In this document: positions 47,988 through 50,232 of the stretch, piece by piece
Position numbering within the stretch: position 1 is the first letter of the stretch
How the letters are laid out: each line of letters begins with the position of its first letter
NCBI RefSeq assembly: GCF_001194135.2
Contig: NC_068998.1
Location: forward strand, 12,543,946 to 12,594,177
DNA from: Octopus bimaculoides
Lineage: Eukaryota
DNA length: 50,232 bases
Reading direction: 5' to 3'
Position numbers and translations under genes: made by a program
The notes under the pieces: generated by a model
Databases searched by the model: none
Seen by the model: the letters and a program-made list of their open reading frames with translations, nothing else
What the model was told of the DNA's origin: nothing

Positions 47988-48775
47988 ACACACACACACA
48001 CACAGAGAAACGTCATATTTGTAAACTATATTAGGAACACATTTGAACTTAATAGACATTAGCTTTCTAATTATGACATATTTATTTTTAAAATAGACAC
48101 TATAAATAATGTTTAGCGATATATTTATACTGCTGATAAGAAACTTGATTGTGAATTTATTGACAATTACTTTACAAACTTAGTAATGCAAAGCAATGTT
48201 ATAACTTAGTGATAATTATCTGGCGATTTATTTAAAAGTATTCCATTAACAGACAATACGTTCTGTCTATAGGTAAGGTTTGAGTAGTACGTGTGCACGT
48301 CGAAGTTAGTGTAGTTCTGGAAGATATACTGCTTTGCTCTCACCTGGTTTTGTTTATGTACAATAGCTGCGCATCACTACCGTCACAGAATCAAATCCTA
48401 CGGAAATTTAACACGTATCTTTGAGTTTATAACGTGCGTGTTTCTCTTGTGTATGCGTGTTTGTGTGTGTGTCTGCGCGCCTTTGTATGTATGTGCGTCT
48501 GTGTGTATATATGTATGAATATGCTTCCGTATGTGGGTGTGTCTATGAATACGTGTCTCTATAAATACATGTTTCCATAAATACACACACGCATATGCAT
48601 ATGAGTTTGTATATACGCACACACACACACACACACNNNNNNNNNNNNNNNNNNNNNNNNNNNNNNNNNNNNNNNNNNNNNNNNNNNNNNNNNNNNNNNN
48701 NNNNNNNNNNNNNNNNNNNNNNNNNNNNNNNNNNNNNNNNNNNNNNNNNNNNNNNNNNNNNNNNNNNNNNNNNNA

Positions 48776-49010
48776 AAGGGCATTAACTGTGTATTAATGC
48801 CTCACGCTATCGAGGGACTAAATAAGTAAAAAAACTACCAAAAGTAAGCAACATATTTACCGAAAGTGAGGGAATGCAGCTTTTCAAAATTTATCTCTTA
48901 AAAACATTTAACTCAACGGTAGACTACTGGTTTCTCAATCAAATACAGAAAAAACTGTGAAGTAACCTGTATTCTTTTGTTCATCAGTACACGTATGGTC
49001 AAGATATATA
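48776..49010 (+). mobile_element. AAGGGCATTA family, copy 3
   Basis: Matches the 29328 copy at both ends. Confidence 0.65.
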
Positions 49011-49136
49011 TATATACACATATATAAGTGCATGCATATTTTGACACACATTTTCATATTTCTATACACTCGTATATTTGCATTATATTTAATAAGCATA
49101 TGTGCTCAGTTGAATATACATGTATGTATGTATGTA

Positions 49137-49167
49137 TACATGGCCTGATCAATAAGTATTCGGACAA
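49137..49167 (+). mobile_element. Possible solitary mariner-like TIR
   Basis: TACATGGCCTGATCAATAAGTATTCGGAC follows TA and loosely resembles mariner TIRs. No partner was found. Confidence 0.25.
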
Positions 49168-50232
49168 CGGATAAATAGCTCTCCAATGGACTAAATATCT
49201 ATTATCTATTACTTCTACATTTTTATCACCGCTCATTATAATTTCGTCTATTCTCTTTCCATTTTTTTATCGTCTTATTTGATTTGTAGTAAAACACCTC
49301 TTTTTCTCACCATAACATCATAATTTATATAAATACACCAATTGTTTACATATCTTTTACATTTATTACTTACAGTCACCGTTAAAGTTATGGAACATTT
49401 AACTTTCAGTTTTAAAAAGTATATAACTAAACAACCGTAGTTGCTGTAACAATTGTAGTTTGTATAAACTTAACACATAATTGATTACCAAATAGAAATT
49501 CTTATATTTTCTTGCAGCAAGTAAATCATATAACTCCACCCATAAAACCGTATAGCTCTTTCAACTCCTAATCAATGATTCATTTTCCCTTTTTCTTTTG
49601 CGTGTATTTCAGTTTTAAGCTCGCTCTTTTATTTTAATTTCTGTTGTTAATGTTCCTTCCTTCAACGGTCTTCGATATATTTGTTTTGTTTTACGAATGT
49701 ATATTTTTCTATACTAGTCAGAAACTTGGTATTTTTGTTAGTTTTTCATCCTAATATTTCGTTCAATGAACCGCTAAAATCTTTTCAAAACATCAAATCC
49801 ATAAAACAACAGCAACAATAATTACGTCTTTAATTTCCTTTACTTCCTCCCATTAATGTATTATGGCTCAGACATATTGCATTTCAAATATATAAACATG
49901 ACTGAGTATATAAAACGTAAAGCTTTTACTTTTCTTCTTCGTTTCCTGGCTACTTTTGTTTATTTTTAATCAAAACAATCCTATTCTTAACTGTCTGAAT
50001 ACATTCCAGTTTCTTCTTTTGCACAACAGCTTATTTAAATGTCAATCACTTTTCAAATAACTACCATTTTAAATTATTCCGTTATTTTTCCCTTCAGTAA
50101 TGTTTAAAACGGCTTTTGGCACAATCTCATAGTAAAACCAATTCTCCCTTTGGCGTTTTCCCCCCACTAGAATTCGTATCGATTCTGTTTCAAATAACAA
50201 CAATATACATCCATATATATACATACATACAT

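Noticed and set aside
48253-48272. 20-nt microexon candidate (AACAG...ATAG/GTAAGG)
   Set aside because: The donor is good but the polypyrimidine tract is poor; it cannot be supported without junction reads.
71-48786. Many long ORFs rich in YI, HT, CV, LS, poly-L/I/N or X
   Set aside because: These are translations of microsatellites and N gaps, not genes.

Overview
Eukaryotic, AT-rich, repeat-saturated genomic DNA from a gapped draft assembly, with about 19 N-runs, nearly all bordered by microsatellites. The SINE families and microsatellite density point to a coleoid cephalopod, most likely Octopus; this is my recognition and was not checked against a database. I recognise no intact host gene, RNA gene or CRISPR array. 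Almost all listed ORFs are microsatellite or N artefacts, or off-frame reads of transposon debris. The window holds many copies of at least four SINE-like families (two copies with clear 12-13 bp TSDs), decayed LINE fragments (RTE, L1/Tx1, R4/Dong-like, CR1-like), Penelope-like relics, two mariner remnants and one pogo/Tigger remnant. The most interesting items are: (1) a 603-bp foldback element with perfect 37-bp GG-starting TIRs, an 8-bp TSD and head-to-head (CCCTAA)n/(TTAGGG)n arrays at its centre (Merlin-like); (2) four dispersed, decayed minimal hammerhead-ribozyme motifs; (3) a compound double palindrome at 13.4-13.7 kb; (4) a diverged ~390-bp duplication that keeps CACGTG E-boxes at both ends of both copies; (5) closely spaced inverted SINE pairs that could form dsRNA. 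I cannot claim a new biological system from sequence alone.
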